From the NCBI GenBank assembly GCA_963811165.1, contig CAWEQH010000010.1, forward strand, positions 256,001-320,000: DNA of 64,000 nucleotides. Direction: 5' to 3'. Below the pieces are notes generated by a model. The model was given only the letters and a program-made list of their open reading frames with translations, was not told where the DNA came from and made no database searches. This document shows, in pieces, positions 29,070 to 38,649 of the stretch; position 1 is the first letter of the stretch; each line of letters starts with the position of its first letter. The stretch is from an uncultured Nitrospiraceae bacterium. Lineage in GTDB: Bacteria > Nitrospirota > Thermodesulfovibrionia > Thermodesulfovibrionales > UBA6898. A program made the translations under genes and the position numbers.

Positions 29070-29759
29070 TTATTTTTTCAGGCTCGCTTTTTCCATAATC
29101 ACTTTGTATTTATAATTACTCCCGAAGTCTTTGTCTTTTGCGATGGTGCCGGTGGCGGTAATGATGGTCCCGACCTCTGCGTTTTCTCCGGTCGTGACGA
29201 CCAGGTCATGGCTGCCTTTTTTCGGGTCTCCGCTGCCGTCCTGAAGGTGTATCCAGGTCATATTCATTATCCCCGTCGAGACCTTCACCACCTTTCCCCT
29301 TACGGAGACCGTCTTTTTATCGAGGCTTTCTATGTTTTTGTATATCTCCTCAACAGTATAGGCGTTCGGTCCCGATGCCTTTTCGACCTTGATCTTTTCA
29401 GGAGGTGCGACGATCGCCCCTTTGCTGGGGGCGCTGGCAGCAGCATCGTGGGAAGACTCGCCCGATGCGACCCCGGCGGAAAAGATGATCTTGTCGAACG
29501 TACGGTTCAGTGTCTTACTCTGAAAATTAGCCATTTCAGCCCCGGGCTGAAACGTTACCGTCTGCCCTTTCGCTATTTTTGTCTGGGGGACGGCGACCCA
29601 TATTTTTTTATCGCCTTTTTCGATGAGGGCATAGGTGTAGCCACCACTGCTCATTGTCTCCACAACCTTGCCCGACAGTTCGTCAGAGGCAAAGGCGCCC
29701 GTCACAAATACCGCCAGAAGCGCTGCTATCACCCCTGCTGACGCTAAAAGCTTTTTCAT
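29070..29759 (-). CDS. Exported OB-fold protein (NrfJ-like, uncharacterised)
   Basis: Signal peptide, GKVVETMSSGGYTY, SKTLNRTFDKIIF, WIHLQDGSG, KDFGSNYKY. Confidence 0.65.
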   Translation of the reverse strand: MKKLLASAGVIAALLAVFVTGAFASDELSGKVVETMSSGGYTYALIEKGDKKIWVAVPQTKIAKGQTVTFQPGAEMANFQSKTLNRTFDKIIFSAGVASGESSHDAAASAPSKGAIVAPPEKIKVEKASGPNAYTVEEIYKNIESLDKKTVSVRGKVVKVSTGIMNMTWIHLQDGSGDPKKGSHDLVVTTGENAEVGTIITATGTIAKDKDFGSNYKYKVIMEKASLKK

Positions 29760-29886
29760 GTATACTCCTTTCGATAATGATGATCTCCGCGGGCATCAGA
29801 TGCCTCAATTCGGTATACAGATATTATAAAGAAGTCGACTCTTTTTTTTCCTCAATTCCGATAAGCAGGTTATAATAATCGGTAGA

Positions 29887-31071
29887 ATGAGGAGGAAAAG
29901 CAAAATAGTGGTCACTTGTCCGAAAGGACTGTCGCCTTTTCTTGCATCTGAGGTTCTTTCACTGGGGTTGCCGGTTGCCGCCGAGACGGTCGCGGGAGTA
30001 ACGACGGAAGGGACCATGGAAGATGTCTTGAGGCTTAACCTGTTCCTGCGGACCGGTCATCGTGTGCTTTACCATCTGGCGGATTTCGTCGTGGCAGGCC
30101 CGGGGGACCTTTACGACAAGATGTCGGGCATACGTTGGGAAGATTATGTCCCGGAGGACGGTTATCTGTGCGTATCGTCGAGTGTGGACCATGAGAGCGT
30201 CAGGGATTCGCGCTATGCCAATATGAAATGCAAAGACGCAATAGTCGATCGGATTAGGGCAAAGAAGGGCCGTCGCCCCGACTCAGGACCCTCAAAAGAA
30301 GGGGTGGTAGTTTTTTTTCATTGGAAAGGGGACAGGTGTGCGGTGTATCTGGATACCTCGGGTGAGTCGCTCTCAAAAAGGGGATACAGAAAAACTCCGT
30401 TGAAAGCCCCTCTTCAGGAAACCCTTGCCGCCGCACTTATAATGTCCACAGGTTGGGACGGAAACGCCCATTTCATAAACCCCATGTGCGGCAGCGGTAC
30501 GCTTGCAATCGAGGCCGCCCTTATAGGACTGAAAAAAGCACCCGGATTAATCAGGGACAATTTCTCCTTCATGCACCTTAAAGGGTTCGATGCAAACGTA
30601 TGGAAGCGGCTCAAAGAAGACGCCGAGAGCGAATCGAATAAGGAGTTAGGGGGCAGGATCATCGCAACAGACTTAAATCCCGAGGCTGTTACCGCTGCGA
30701 AAAGGAACGCTGCGAATGCGGGCGTTGCCGACTTGATCGAATTCAAGGCCTGCGATTTCGCAGAGACTGAGGTCCCAATCGGTGGCGGGGTCGTACTCCT
30801 TAATCCGGAATACGGCGAGAGGATGGGTGAAGAACGCACCCTCTTGGACTTGTACAAGAGGATAGGAGATTTTTTTAAGCAAAGGTGCAAGGGATACTCC
30901 GGATATGTATTTACAGGCAATCCTTCCCTGGCAAAAATGGTCGGATTAAGGGCCAAACGAAGGCTGCAGTTTTTCAACACTACGATAGAATGCAGATTGC
31001 TCGAATACGAGCTCTACGAAGGAAGCAAAAAGAGAAGGAGCGAAAACGATGCAGGAAGCAAACCGAAATAG
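29887..31071 (+). CDS. THUMP-domain rRNA methyltransferase (RlmL-like)
   Basis: SLSKRGYR, APLQETLAAA, PMCGSGTLAIEAA, NPEYGER. Confidence 0.88.
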   Translation: MRRKSKIVVTCPKGLSPFLASEVLSLGLPVAAETVAGVTTEGTMEDVLRLNLFLRTGHRVLYHLADFVVAGPGDLYDKMSGIRWEDYVPEDGYLCVSSSVDHESVRDSRYANMKCKDAIVDRIRAKKGRRPDSGPSKEGVVVFFHWKGDRCAVYLDTSGESLSKRGYRKTPLKAPLQETLAAALIMSTGWDGNAHFINPMCGSGTLAIEAALIGLKKAPGLIRDNFSFMHLKGFDANVWKRLKEDAESESNKELGGRIIATDLNPEAVTAAKRNAANAGVADLIEFKACDFAETEVPIGGGVVLLNPEYGERMGEERTLLDLYKRIGDFFKQRCKGYSGYVFTGNPSLAKMVGLRAKRRLQFFNTTIECRLLEYELYEGSKKRRSENDAGSKPK

Positions 31072-32863
31072 CAGTCTGAAGTGGGACCTTGCCAGGCTTT
31101 TCAGGGCCGACGATGATCCGCGAATCGAAGAAGTAATCCGTAATGTCGAGAGAGAAAGCTATCGCTTTATCCGCAAATGGAGGCCGCGCAGGGATTATCT
31201 GTCTGATCCTGCGGTCCTTCGGGACGCCCTGAAGGAGTACGAGCTCTGGAAGAGACGCTTTGGTACCGACGGGGATGCGGGATACTACTTCTGGCTCAGA
31301 ACCGAGCAGGACCAAAACGACCCGGACCTCAAGGCCAGATTCAACAAGATTGAAGAGTTCGGCAGGAAGATAGAAAACGACATACAGTTTTTTTATTTGA
31401 GGTTGGCTAAAATTTCCCGAAAGAAGCGTAACAACTTCCTCCGCTATAAAGGACTGCTCGACTACAGGCATTTTCTTGAGAAGATCTGGGCCGAATCGAA
31501 ATATCTGCTCAGCGAGCCTGAAGAGAAGATACTAAACCTCAAAATGTCGACTTCCTATTCCAACTGGATAAAGATGACGTTCGGGCTCCTGGCAAAAGAA
31601 GAGCGCAGGGTCAGACTGGAAGAAGGCGCTTGGGGCGTTCGGCCTTTTTCCGAGATAACCGGCCTGATAAACAGTAATGACAGGAAGACAAGAGACTCTG
31701 CAGCAAGGGCCTTTAACGACATCCTGGCCGGCAACATTGAGGTGGCTGAAGCGGAAATAAACTCGGTCCTTTCGCATAAAAAAACCGAGGACGAACTCCG
31801 TGCATTTCCGAGACCCGACCTGTCGAGGCATGTCGCAGACGACATAGACAGTCATGTCGTCGATTCACTGATCGCGTCGGTCTCGAAGAGGTTCGATATC
31901 CCCTCACGGTTTTACGGGCTAAAGGCCCGCTTGATGGGTGTAAAAAAACTCAGGTATCATGAACGAAATATCGTCTATGGGAACATCAGGACGAAATACT
32001 CGTTTGCGGCCTCCTGTAATCTCGTCCGCAAGGTGCTTTACAGGCTTGACCGGGAGTTTGCCGGGATTTTTGACGGATTCATCAGGGACCGGCAGATCGA
32101 TGTCTTCCCCAAAAAAGGAAAGGCCGGCGGCGCGTTCTGTGCGCACCACCTCATCTCGCAGCCTACCTATATTCTTCTTAATCATACCGGGGAACTGACC
32201 GATGTCCTTACGCTTGCCCATGAAGTCGGCCACGGCATCAATAACGAACTTATCAGAAGGAGTCAAAACGCCCTTAATTTCGGGACGCCGACCTCGACGG
32301 CCGAAGTGGCGAGCACCTTCTTGGAAGACTTCGTGCTTCAGGAGATACTTAAAAAGTCGCGCGGAGAATTGAAGCTTGCGATCATGATGAAGAAACTGGA
32401 TGACGATGTTTCGACTATTTTCAGGCAGGTCGCATGTTACAGGTTCGAGGCCGCCCTCCATGAGCTTTTTCGAAAGAGGGGCTATTTATCGAAGGAGGAG
32501 ATAGGAAAGCTGTTTAGTGAGCATATGGCGGCTTACATGGGTGATTGCGTGGAGCAGACGAAGGGCTCTGAAAACTGGTGGGTCTACTGGAACCATATCC
32601 GCTACTTTTTTTACGTCTATTCCTACGCAAGTGGTCTTCTCATTTCGAAGTCTCTCCAAAACTCGGTAAAAAAAACCCCGGCGTATATGAGCAAGGTCAA
32701 GGACTTTTTGTCGGCGGGTCTTTCGGATTCTCCAAAAAACATCTTCCTCGGGCTCGGGATAGAAATAGAAAACGGGGATTTTTGGGAGAGTGGCCTGGGG
32801 GAGGTCGAGCGTCTGTTAGAAGAGACGATCAGCCTGGCGAAGAAACTAGGCAAATTGCGATGA
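31049..32863 (+). CDS. M3B oligoendopeptidase F
   Basis: KGKAGGAFC, TLAHEVGHG, AEVASTFLE, FYVYSYA. Confidence 0.9.
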   Translation: MQEANRNSSLKWDLARLFRADDDPRIEEVIRNVERESYRFIRKWRPRRDYLSDPAVLRDALKEYELWKRRFGTDGDAGYYFWLRTEQDQNDPDLKARFNKIEEFGRKIENDIQFFYLRLAKISRKKRNNFLRYKGLLDYRHFLEKIWAESKYLLSEPEEKILNLKMSTSYSNWIKMTFGLLAKEERRVRLEEGAWGVRPFSEITGLINSNDRKTRDSAARAFNDILAGNIEVAEAEINSVLSHKKTEDELRAFPRPDLSRHVADDIDSHVVDSLIASVSKRFDIPSRFYGLKARLMGVKKLRYHERNIVYGNIRTKYSFAASCNLVRKVLYRLDREFAGIFDGFIRDRQIDVFPKKGKAGGAFCAHHLISQPTYILLNHTGELTDVLTLAHEVGHGINNELIRRSQNALNFGTPTSTAEVASTFLEDFVLQEILKKSRGELKLAIMMKKLDDDVSTIFRQVACYRFEAALHELFRKRGYLSKEEIGKLFSEHMAAYMGDCVEQTKGSENWWVYWNHIRYFFYVYSYASGLLISKSLQNSVKKTPAYMSKVKDFLSAGLSDSPKNIFLGLGIEIENGDFWESGLGEVERLLEETISLAKKLGKLR

Positions 32864-32941
32864 GCCTCCCCCTGCAGGGCTCGTTATATCTGATATACTT
32901 CTTCTATAGGCTAGGCCTTTGTTTCATCCGTGTGAAGAGGT

Positions 32942-34828
32942 GTGAAGGTGGATACCAGACTTAAAGAGGTGATGGCCGCATACCCTGAGAAGTTTGCCGC
33001 CGAAGAAGAGATATTTGCCAAAATACACGCCGGGGACAGGATATTCGTGGGGACGGGCTGCGGAGAACCGCAGTGTCTTGTGCGGGCGCTCATAAAGTAT
33101 GTCCGGTCCCACCCGAAGGCCTTTTTCGACGCCGAAGTGCTGCAGGTATGGAACCTCGGAGTGTCGCCCTACGCAGACGAGAAGTTCAGGGACAATTTCC
33201 GGTACAACTCCTTCTTCATCGGAAAAAACTCCAGAGACGCCGTCAATCGCGGTGCCGCGGATTATACGCCGATTTTTCTGTCGGCCGTGCCCGGTCTTTT
33301 TTATAAGAAGCGGATACCGGTCGATGTCGCGCTCATACAGACTTCGGTGCCTGATGCGCACGGCTTTATGAGCCTCGGCGTAAGCGTCGACATAGTCAAG
33401 GCGGCGACGGAAAGCGCCTCGCTGGTCATTACACAGGTCAACTCCCGGATGCCCAGGGTCCACGGCGACACTTTCATTCACATCAGGGACGTTGACTTCA
33501 TTCTCCCATGCGACGAGCCGCTGCTCGTATTTGAAACGGTGGTGCCGGATGAGATCGCGGAGAAGATCGGGAAATATGTGGCGAGGATAGTGCAAGACGG
33601 CGACACGATACAGGTCGGGTATGGAAGCATTCCCAATGCGATACTCGCACATCTTCGCGGGAAACGTCATCTCGGGGTGCATACGGAACTTCTCACCGAC
33701 GGGATCGTGGACCTGATGAAGAGGGGGGCCATAGATAATACTATGAAGGACCTCAACAGGGACAAAACCGTAGCCGCGTTCTGTATGGGCAAAACGGAGA
33801 CTTATGAGTTCATCAACGACAACCCGAGCATAGAATTCAGGCCGGTAAGTTACACGAACAATCCGCTCACTATTGCCAGGAACAAAAACGTTACGGCAAT
33901 AAACAGCGCGCTTGAGATAGACCTCACCGGTCAGGCCACTGCGGAATCCCTGGGAAAATATTTTTTTAGCGGGATAGGCGGCCAGGCCGATTTTATGAGA
34001 GGGGCCATTCTTTCTCAGGGGGGCAAGACGATCCTCGCCCTGCAGTCTACCGCCGAAGAGGGTGAGGTGTCGAGGATCGTGCCTTACCTTAAGGAAGGAG
34101 CAGGAGTTACCCTGACGAGGGGAGACCTCCACTATGTAGTTACGGAGTTCGGCATAGCTTATCTTCACGGGAAAAACATCAGGGAAAGGGCGATGGACCT
34201 CATTGCCATAGCCCACCCGAAGTTCAGGACATGGCTTATCGAGGAGGCGAAGAAACTTTCGTTGATCTATAAGGACCAGGCCTTTATACCTGGAGAAAAG
34301 GGCGAGTACCCCGAGACGCTCGAGACGTACCGTACGACAAAGAGCGGGTTGAAGATATTTCTCAGGCCCGTAAAGATAACGGATGAGCAATTGCTCAAGG
34401 ATTTTTTCTACTCACTGTCGGGCAACAGCATGTACCACAGATTTATCTCGATACGCGCGGATATGCATCATGACCGCATCCAGCAGTTCGTCGTGATCGA
34501 TTATACGAAAGAAATGGTCATCCTTTCAGTAGTGCAGGAGGAGGATAAGGAAGTGATCGCCGGCATGGGGCAGTACTTCATCGATGAGAAGACCCATACT
34601 GCGGAGGTTGCCTTTTTGGTCCGTGATGAATATCAGGGCCGGGGGATAGGCAGCGAGCTCCTCTTATACCTTACGTACCTCGGGAAAAAGAACGGGCTGC
34701 ACGGTTTCACTGCGGAGGCGCTGGTAGACAACAAGGCGATGCTCCAGATCTTCGTAAAAGCGGGTTTTGCGATCGAAAAGCACTCCGAAGCGGATATGTA
34801 CGAGCTGACGATGTCCTTCCGGGATTGA
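32942..34828 (+). CDS. Acetyl-CoA hydrolase/transferase fused to a C-terminal GNAT domain
   Basis: SLGVSVD, LGVHTEL, GQATAES, SGIGGQADF, VVTEFG; C-terminal AEVAFLVRDEYQGRGIG. Confidence 0.9.
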   Translation: MKVDTRLKEVMAAYPEKFAAEEEIFAKIHAGDRIFVGTGCGEPQCLVRALIKYVRSHPKAFFDAEVLQVWNLGVSPYADEKFRDNFRYNSFFIGKNSRDAVNRGAADYTPIFLSAVPGLFYKKRIPVDVALIQTSVPDAHGFMSLGVSVDIVKAATESASLVITQVNSRMPRVHGDTFIHIRDVDFILPCDEPLLVFETVVPDEIAEKIGKYVARIVQDGDTIQVGYGSIPNAILAHLRGKRHLGVHTELLTDGIVDLMKRGAIDNTMKDLNRDKTVAAFCMGKTETYEFINDNPSIEFRPVSYTNNPLTIARNKNVTAINSALEIDLTGQATAESLGKYFFSGIGGQADFMRGAILSQGGKTILALQSTAEEGEVSRIVPYLKEGAGVTLTRGDLHYVVTEFGIAYLHGKNIRERAMDLIAIAHPKFRTWLIEEAKKLSLIYKDQAFIPGEKGEYPETLETYRTTKSGLKIFLRPVKITDEQLLKDFFYSLSGNSMYHRFISIRADMHHDRIQQFVVIDYTKEMVILSVVQEEDKEVIAGMGQYFIDEKTHTAEVAFLVRDEYQGRGIGSELLLYLTYLGKKNGLHGFTAEALVDNKAMLQIFVKAGFAIEKHSEADMYELTMSFRD

Positions 34829-34845
34829 GAGCGGACAGGGTGAAA

Positions 34846-35526
34846 TTACTTCTTGCCCGATCTTTTTTCGATAAAGGCCCCTATCGCCGCCCTGGCGGAG
34901 GGCTGTAGCCCGACGTATCGCACGCCGAAGCGGAGCACACCGTCGTCGCTTTTGACGACTCTCATTACCTCGGCATCGGTTTCGATCCGCTCGGCGCCGG
35001 GAAGAAAGAAACAACAGGTCAAGACGTCCCCTCTTTCCAGCGCCTTGTCCGCCTCAAGCAGGAGACCTGTTGCACTGATGTCTTGCGAGGAGCAGAAAAA
35101 AGGTTTGTTGTCGAACTTGCCGTCGACCGTGGCCTTGAGGAGTACACGGTAGCTCTTTCTTTCTTGGACATCGAGCAGTTTGCTTACACTTTCGAGAAAC
35201 TGTAGCGGCCGGATGGGCTTTGTGACATGCACGGTTGCCTTACACCTCGTTATCCGGTGCAGGTCGGCCTCACTGCCTCCGCATACCATGATAAACGGGA
35301 CATATTTCAACTCCTCATCGTTTCTGATAGCAGCGCACAGCTTGTCGCCGCTCATGCCGGGCAGGTCCAGGTCGGCGATGATAAGATCGACTTTTTCCTT
35401 CCTGTGTAAAGCGAGTGCTTCTTCCCCCGATGCAGCCGTAAATATTTTGATGTTGTTCCTGTTGAGGATAGTGCGTTCTCTTTCTATAAGGTGGCCGAGG
35501 TCATCCACCAGTAATACTTTCTTCAT
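34846..35526 (-). CDS. Receiver domain plus PilZ domain protein
   Basis: VLLVDD..DLIIAD..KP receiver; ERKSYR and DISATG match the PilZ RxxxR and DxSxxG motifs. Confidence 0.85.
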   Translation of the reverse strand: MKKVLLVDDLGHLIERERTILNRNNIKIFTAASGEEALALHRKEKVDLIIADLDLPGMSGDKLCAAIRNDEELKYVPFIMVCGGSEADLHRITRCKATVHVTKPIRPLQFLESVSKLLDVQERKSYRVLLKATVDGKFDNKPFFCSSQDISATGLLLEADKALERGDVLTCCFFLPGAERIETDAEVMRVVKSDDGVLRFGVRYVGLQPSARAAIGAFIEKRSGKK

Positions 35527-35647
35527 GGCCTATTGTTTATACGTGAATCGGACTCTCTTTGTCAAGAAACATCACCCCGTTATACTCTCAACGGCAAAGC
35601 ATTTGTGAAGCACTTGCGGTATCGTGCAGAGAGAGAAGTGAAACGCT

Positions 35648-36439
35648 TTAGTCCATTATCCTGTTGACCTTGACCGCAAAGAGCAGATATGCCGCGGTAA
35701 GCGGGATGCTCGTCAGCCACCAGAGGGCAAGAACGCTTCCCGCTATGTTAAAGAGCGCGCCAAGGACCATCGCCGGGGTCATTGATACTGCGGCCAAACG
35801 CATATACGTTCGGTAACTCAGCGGCGGGCCCGGTGACTTTGTGAGAAGAGACGCGAGCAGCGCGAGAATTACCACTTCAATAAGACGGATTAGGAAAGAA
35901 AAGAATACCGCCAGAGGATACAGGATGAAGAAAAGCGATTTTGACAGTTCTTCGATCCATGTGTAAAGGAGCCGCCTGTCCAGAGAGAAATCGTCGACCC
36001 CGGAGAGATCGATGGTCCTGGTCCGCCCATCTTCGTTTCTGACCGTCACCGCTGCCTGAGAAACAAGCATGACCGCCTTCGAACCTGCCAGCGAGCGGAC
36101 CTTACCGGTCGTGTCGAATATGATGAGAGGATCTCCTGATTTGTCGTCTTTCACGTAATAAGGCTCCGGTTTGTCTATCGAAACTTTCCCCTTGCTGATC
36201 TTGATCGCCGGCATCTGTCTTACTATTCTTGGCGCTTGCTCATTCAGCACGTCGGAAAGCTCCCATTGAAGAAGAAGGACAAAAGGGATTGTGCAGAGTG
36301 CAACTGTCGAAAAGAGGAAGACAAGTCCGGGTCCCTTCCAGTTCCTGCCCACATCCTGATACAGCGACTTTGAAAAAAAAGCCATAAAAAGCGGATGGAG
36401 CAATGTGTATCGTCGCGCTGTATGCTCGTAAGAAGTCAA
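35648..36439 (-). CDS. Membrane protein (DUF1189-like)
   Basis: Multiple TM helices around a soluble insert (PAIKISKG, IIFDTTG). Confidence 0.65.
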   Translation of the reverse strand: MTSYEHTARRYTLLHPLFMAFFSKSLYQDVGRNWKGPGLVFLFSTVALCTIPFVLLLQWELSDVLNEQAPRIVRQMPAIKISKGKVSIDKPEPYYVKDDKSGDPLIIFDTTGKVRSLAGSKAVMLVSQAAVTVRNEDGRTRTIDLSGVDDFSLDRRLLYTWIEELSKSLFFILYPLAVFFSFLIRLIEVVILALLASLLTKSPGPPLSYRTYMRLAAVSMTPAMVLGALFNIAGSVLALWWLTSIPLTAAYLLFAVKVNRIMD

Positions 36440-36452
36440 GGTGGTCTTCTCC

Positions 36453-36911
36453 TTACGTGCGCGGCCAGACCGACCTTATCACGAGGAGCGCTATCCCTAT
36501 GGTAAGAGCGGAATCCGCCACGTTAAATGCCGGCCAGTAGAAGTTTCCGGCGTAGACCTCCAAAAAATCGATCACGTATCCGTGGGCGATCCTGTCGGTA
36601 AGATTCCCTGCCGCCCCTCCAAGGATAAGGCAAAATCCCAGTCTGTTTTCGTGGTCCTTTACGATCATGACGGAGACCGCCACAATTGCGGCTGCCGATA
36701 TAAATATAAAAAAGGGATTTCCCAGCCCCTTGAACATACCGAAGGCCGAACCTATGTTGCGGTAATATACGATATTAAAGCAGGGCATGGCTTTAATGAC
36801 CTGATAGAGGTTCAGGTTTCTCATGATGAGGTATTTTGTACCCTGGTCGAGCATAAAGATGACAAAGGCCAGCACGAAGTAACCGGCGGTCCTGGATTTC
36901 ATTCCGGTCAA
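36453..36911 (-). CDS. lspA: Lipoprotein signal peptidase II
   Basis: DQGTK, NIGSAFG, GNLTDR, VIDF, FNVAD. Confidence 0.95.
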   Translation of the reverse strand: MTGMKSRTAGYFVLAFVIFMLDQGTKYLIMRNLNLYQVIKAMPCFNIVYYRNIGSAFGMFKGLGNPFFIFISAAAIVAVSVMIVKDHENRLGFCLILGGAAGNLTDRIAHGYVIDFLEVYAGNFYWPAFNVADSALTIGIALLVIRSVWPRT

Positions 36912-36917
36912 CCCCGA

Positions 36918-37370
36918 TCAGAAAGTGAAGATCAATGCGAATTCGTCGCATTCCGGGAATTTTGGACATCTGATGCAATCGCCCCAAATCTTTTGGGGGA
37001 GGTCCGATTTGTCAATATCTGTAAACCCCAATTTTTTGAAGAATAAAGGTTGATACGTAAGGGCGAACACCCTTTTTACCCCGAGGGCTTTTGCCTCGTC
37101 AAGGCATTGGGTTACCATTTTTTTCCCTATCCCCTTCCGCTGGGACTCCTTCTTTACTGCGAGAGAACGGATTTCAGCGAGGTCTTCCCACAGGACATGC
37201 AACGCGCAGACACCGAATATCTTTCCCTTCTCTTCACTTACCACAAAATCCCTGATATTTTCATAAAGCTCATTGATCGACCGCGGGATCATTTCTTCCT
37301 TCCGCGCGAATTCATTGACGAGCTTCTGGATGTCCCTTATATCAGCTATCTTTGCTTTTCGTATCCTCAA
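36918..37370 (-). CDS. argA: Short GNAT N-acetylglutamate synthase (ArgA-like)
   Basis: PRSINELYENIRDF, LAEIRSLAV, LPQKIWGDCIRCPKFPECDE. Confidence 0.82.
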   Translation of the reverse strand: MRIRKAKIADIRDIQKLVNEFARKEEMIPRSINELYENIRDFVVSEEKGKIFGVCALHVLWEDLAEIRSLAVKKESQRKGIGKKMVTQCLDEAKALGVKRVFALTYQPLFFKKLGFTDIDKSDLPQKIWGDCIRCPKFPECDEFALIFTF

Positions 37371-37899
37371 TGTACTGTATCCCTTTCAAGATAGAATTTG
37401 TATTTGCTCTTATCCCGTTTCCCCCCGCCGACTTCGACGGTCCCTCGACGATCTTCAGTATCGAAGACCTCCGCAGAAGCGCGGTCTCTGCGATCATCGC
37501 ACCGAGCATGACCATGTTGGCAGATTTTGTGTTGCCCGCGGCGCTTGCCAGTTCGGTTGCAGGGACGGATATTGCCCGCGCATCGTCCCTGAGGGCCGGA
37601 TCCTTAATCAGAGAGCTGTCGTAGAAGATTAATCCGCGCCTTTTCAGTCTCGTCTGAAATTTCTCAAGAGACTCTTTGTTCATGATAATAAGGATGTCGG
37701 AACTCAGGACCACCGGCGAACCGATCATTTCGTCGGAGATGATGACCGTGCAATTGGCCGTGCCGCCCCGCATCTCAGCTCCGTAGGAAGGAAACCAGGT
37801 AACTTCCTTGTTTTCTCCCATTGCCGCATACGCCAGTACCTTGCCCAGAAACAGAATCCCTTGTCCCCCCGAGCCCGCGATGACCACCCTTTTTTCCAA
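37342..37899 (-). CDS. 2-oxoacid:ferredoxin oxidoreductase gamma subunit
   Basis: [25 protein letters not shown]. Confidence 0.9.
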   Translation of the reverse strand: MEKRVVIAGSGGQGILFLGKVLAYAAMGENKEVTWFPSYGAEMRGGTANCTVIISDEMIGSPVVLSSDILIIMNKESLEKFQTRLKRRGLIFYDSSLIKDPALRDDARAISVPATELASAAGNTKSANMVMLGAMIAETALLRRSSILKIVEGPSKSAGGNGIRANTNSILKGIQYIEDTKSKDS

Positions 37900-38649
37900 T
37901 TAGCTCTCCTCCCCATATCTGTCTTTCACTGTCCCGGTAGGGTAGACCTTCAGCATTTGCGACTTTATCCATTCAAGCGATGCCCGCGGAGACAACCCCC
38001 AATCAGTAGGACAGGGGGAGAGCATTTCGATTAAGGAAAACCCCTTTCCCTCCATTTGATATCTGAAGCACTTCTCTATTGCAGACTTTGCGACGACAAG
38101 ATTTTTGTAAGAATCAAGAGAAACCCTCTGGATAAAGGCCGCGCCTTCAATGGTAGCGAGCAGTTCGGATACCCGCAGGGGGTAGCCCTCGAACGCGGCA
38201 CTTCTTCCCGCAGGGGTGGTAGTCGTGCGCTGTCCCAGAAGCGTGGTGGGGGCCATCTGTCCTCCCGTCATGCCGTAGTTGGCGTTATTGATGAAAAAGA
38301 CGGATATGTTTTCTCCCCTCACAGCAGCGTGGACGATTTCGGAAGTGCCGATTGCAGCGAGGTCGCCGTCGCCCTGATAGGAAAAAATTATCCTGTCGGG
38401 CATAACTCTTTTTAAAGCCGTTGCGACTGCCGGCGGCCTGCCATGGGCCGATTCGAGGATATCAAAATTGAAGTAGTCGTAGGAGAAGACCGCGCATCCG
38501 ACAGGCGCGATACCGACGACTCTCTCACGGATATCGAGGGCGTCTATACACTCCGCGATAAGCCGGTGCGCAATGCTGTGTCCGCACCCCGGGCAATACC
38601 GGAAAGCAGCCGGCTTCAAACTCCTTGGTCTACGGAACATCTTTTCCAT
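37900..38649 (-). CDS. 2-oxoacid:ferredoxin oxidoreductase beta subunit (TPP-binding)
   Basis: YCPGCGH, HGR, QGDGD..NNANYGMTGGQ, SPCPT. Confidence 0.92.
   Translation of the reverse strand: MEKMFRRPRSLKPAAFRYCPGCGHSIAHRLIAECIDALDIRERVVGIAPVGCAVFSYDYFNFDILESAHGRPPAVATALKRVMPDRIIFSYQGDGDLAAIGTSEIVHAAVRGENISVFFINNANYGMTGGQMAPTTLLGQRTTTTPAGRSAAFEGYPLRVSELLATIEGAAFIQRVSLDSYKNLVVAKSAIEKCFRYQMEGKGFSLIEMLSPCPTDWGLSPRASLEWIKSQMLKVYPTGTVKDRYGEES

Noticed and set aside
32924..34390. 488-aa antisense ORF
   Set aside because: Shadow of the acetyl-CoA hydrolase/GNAT gene; no recognisable motifs.
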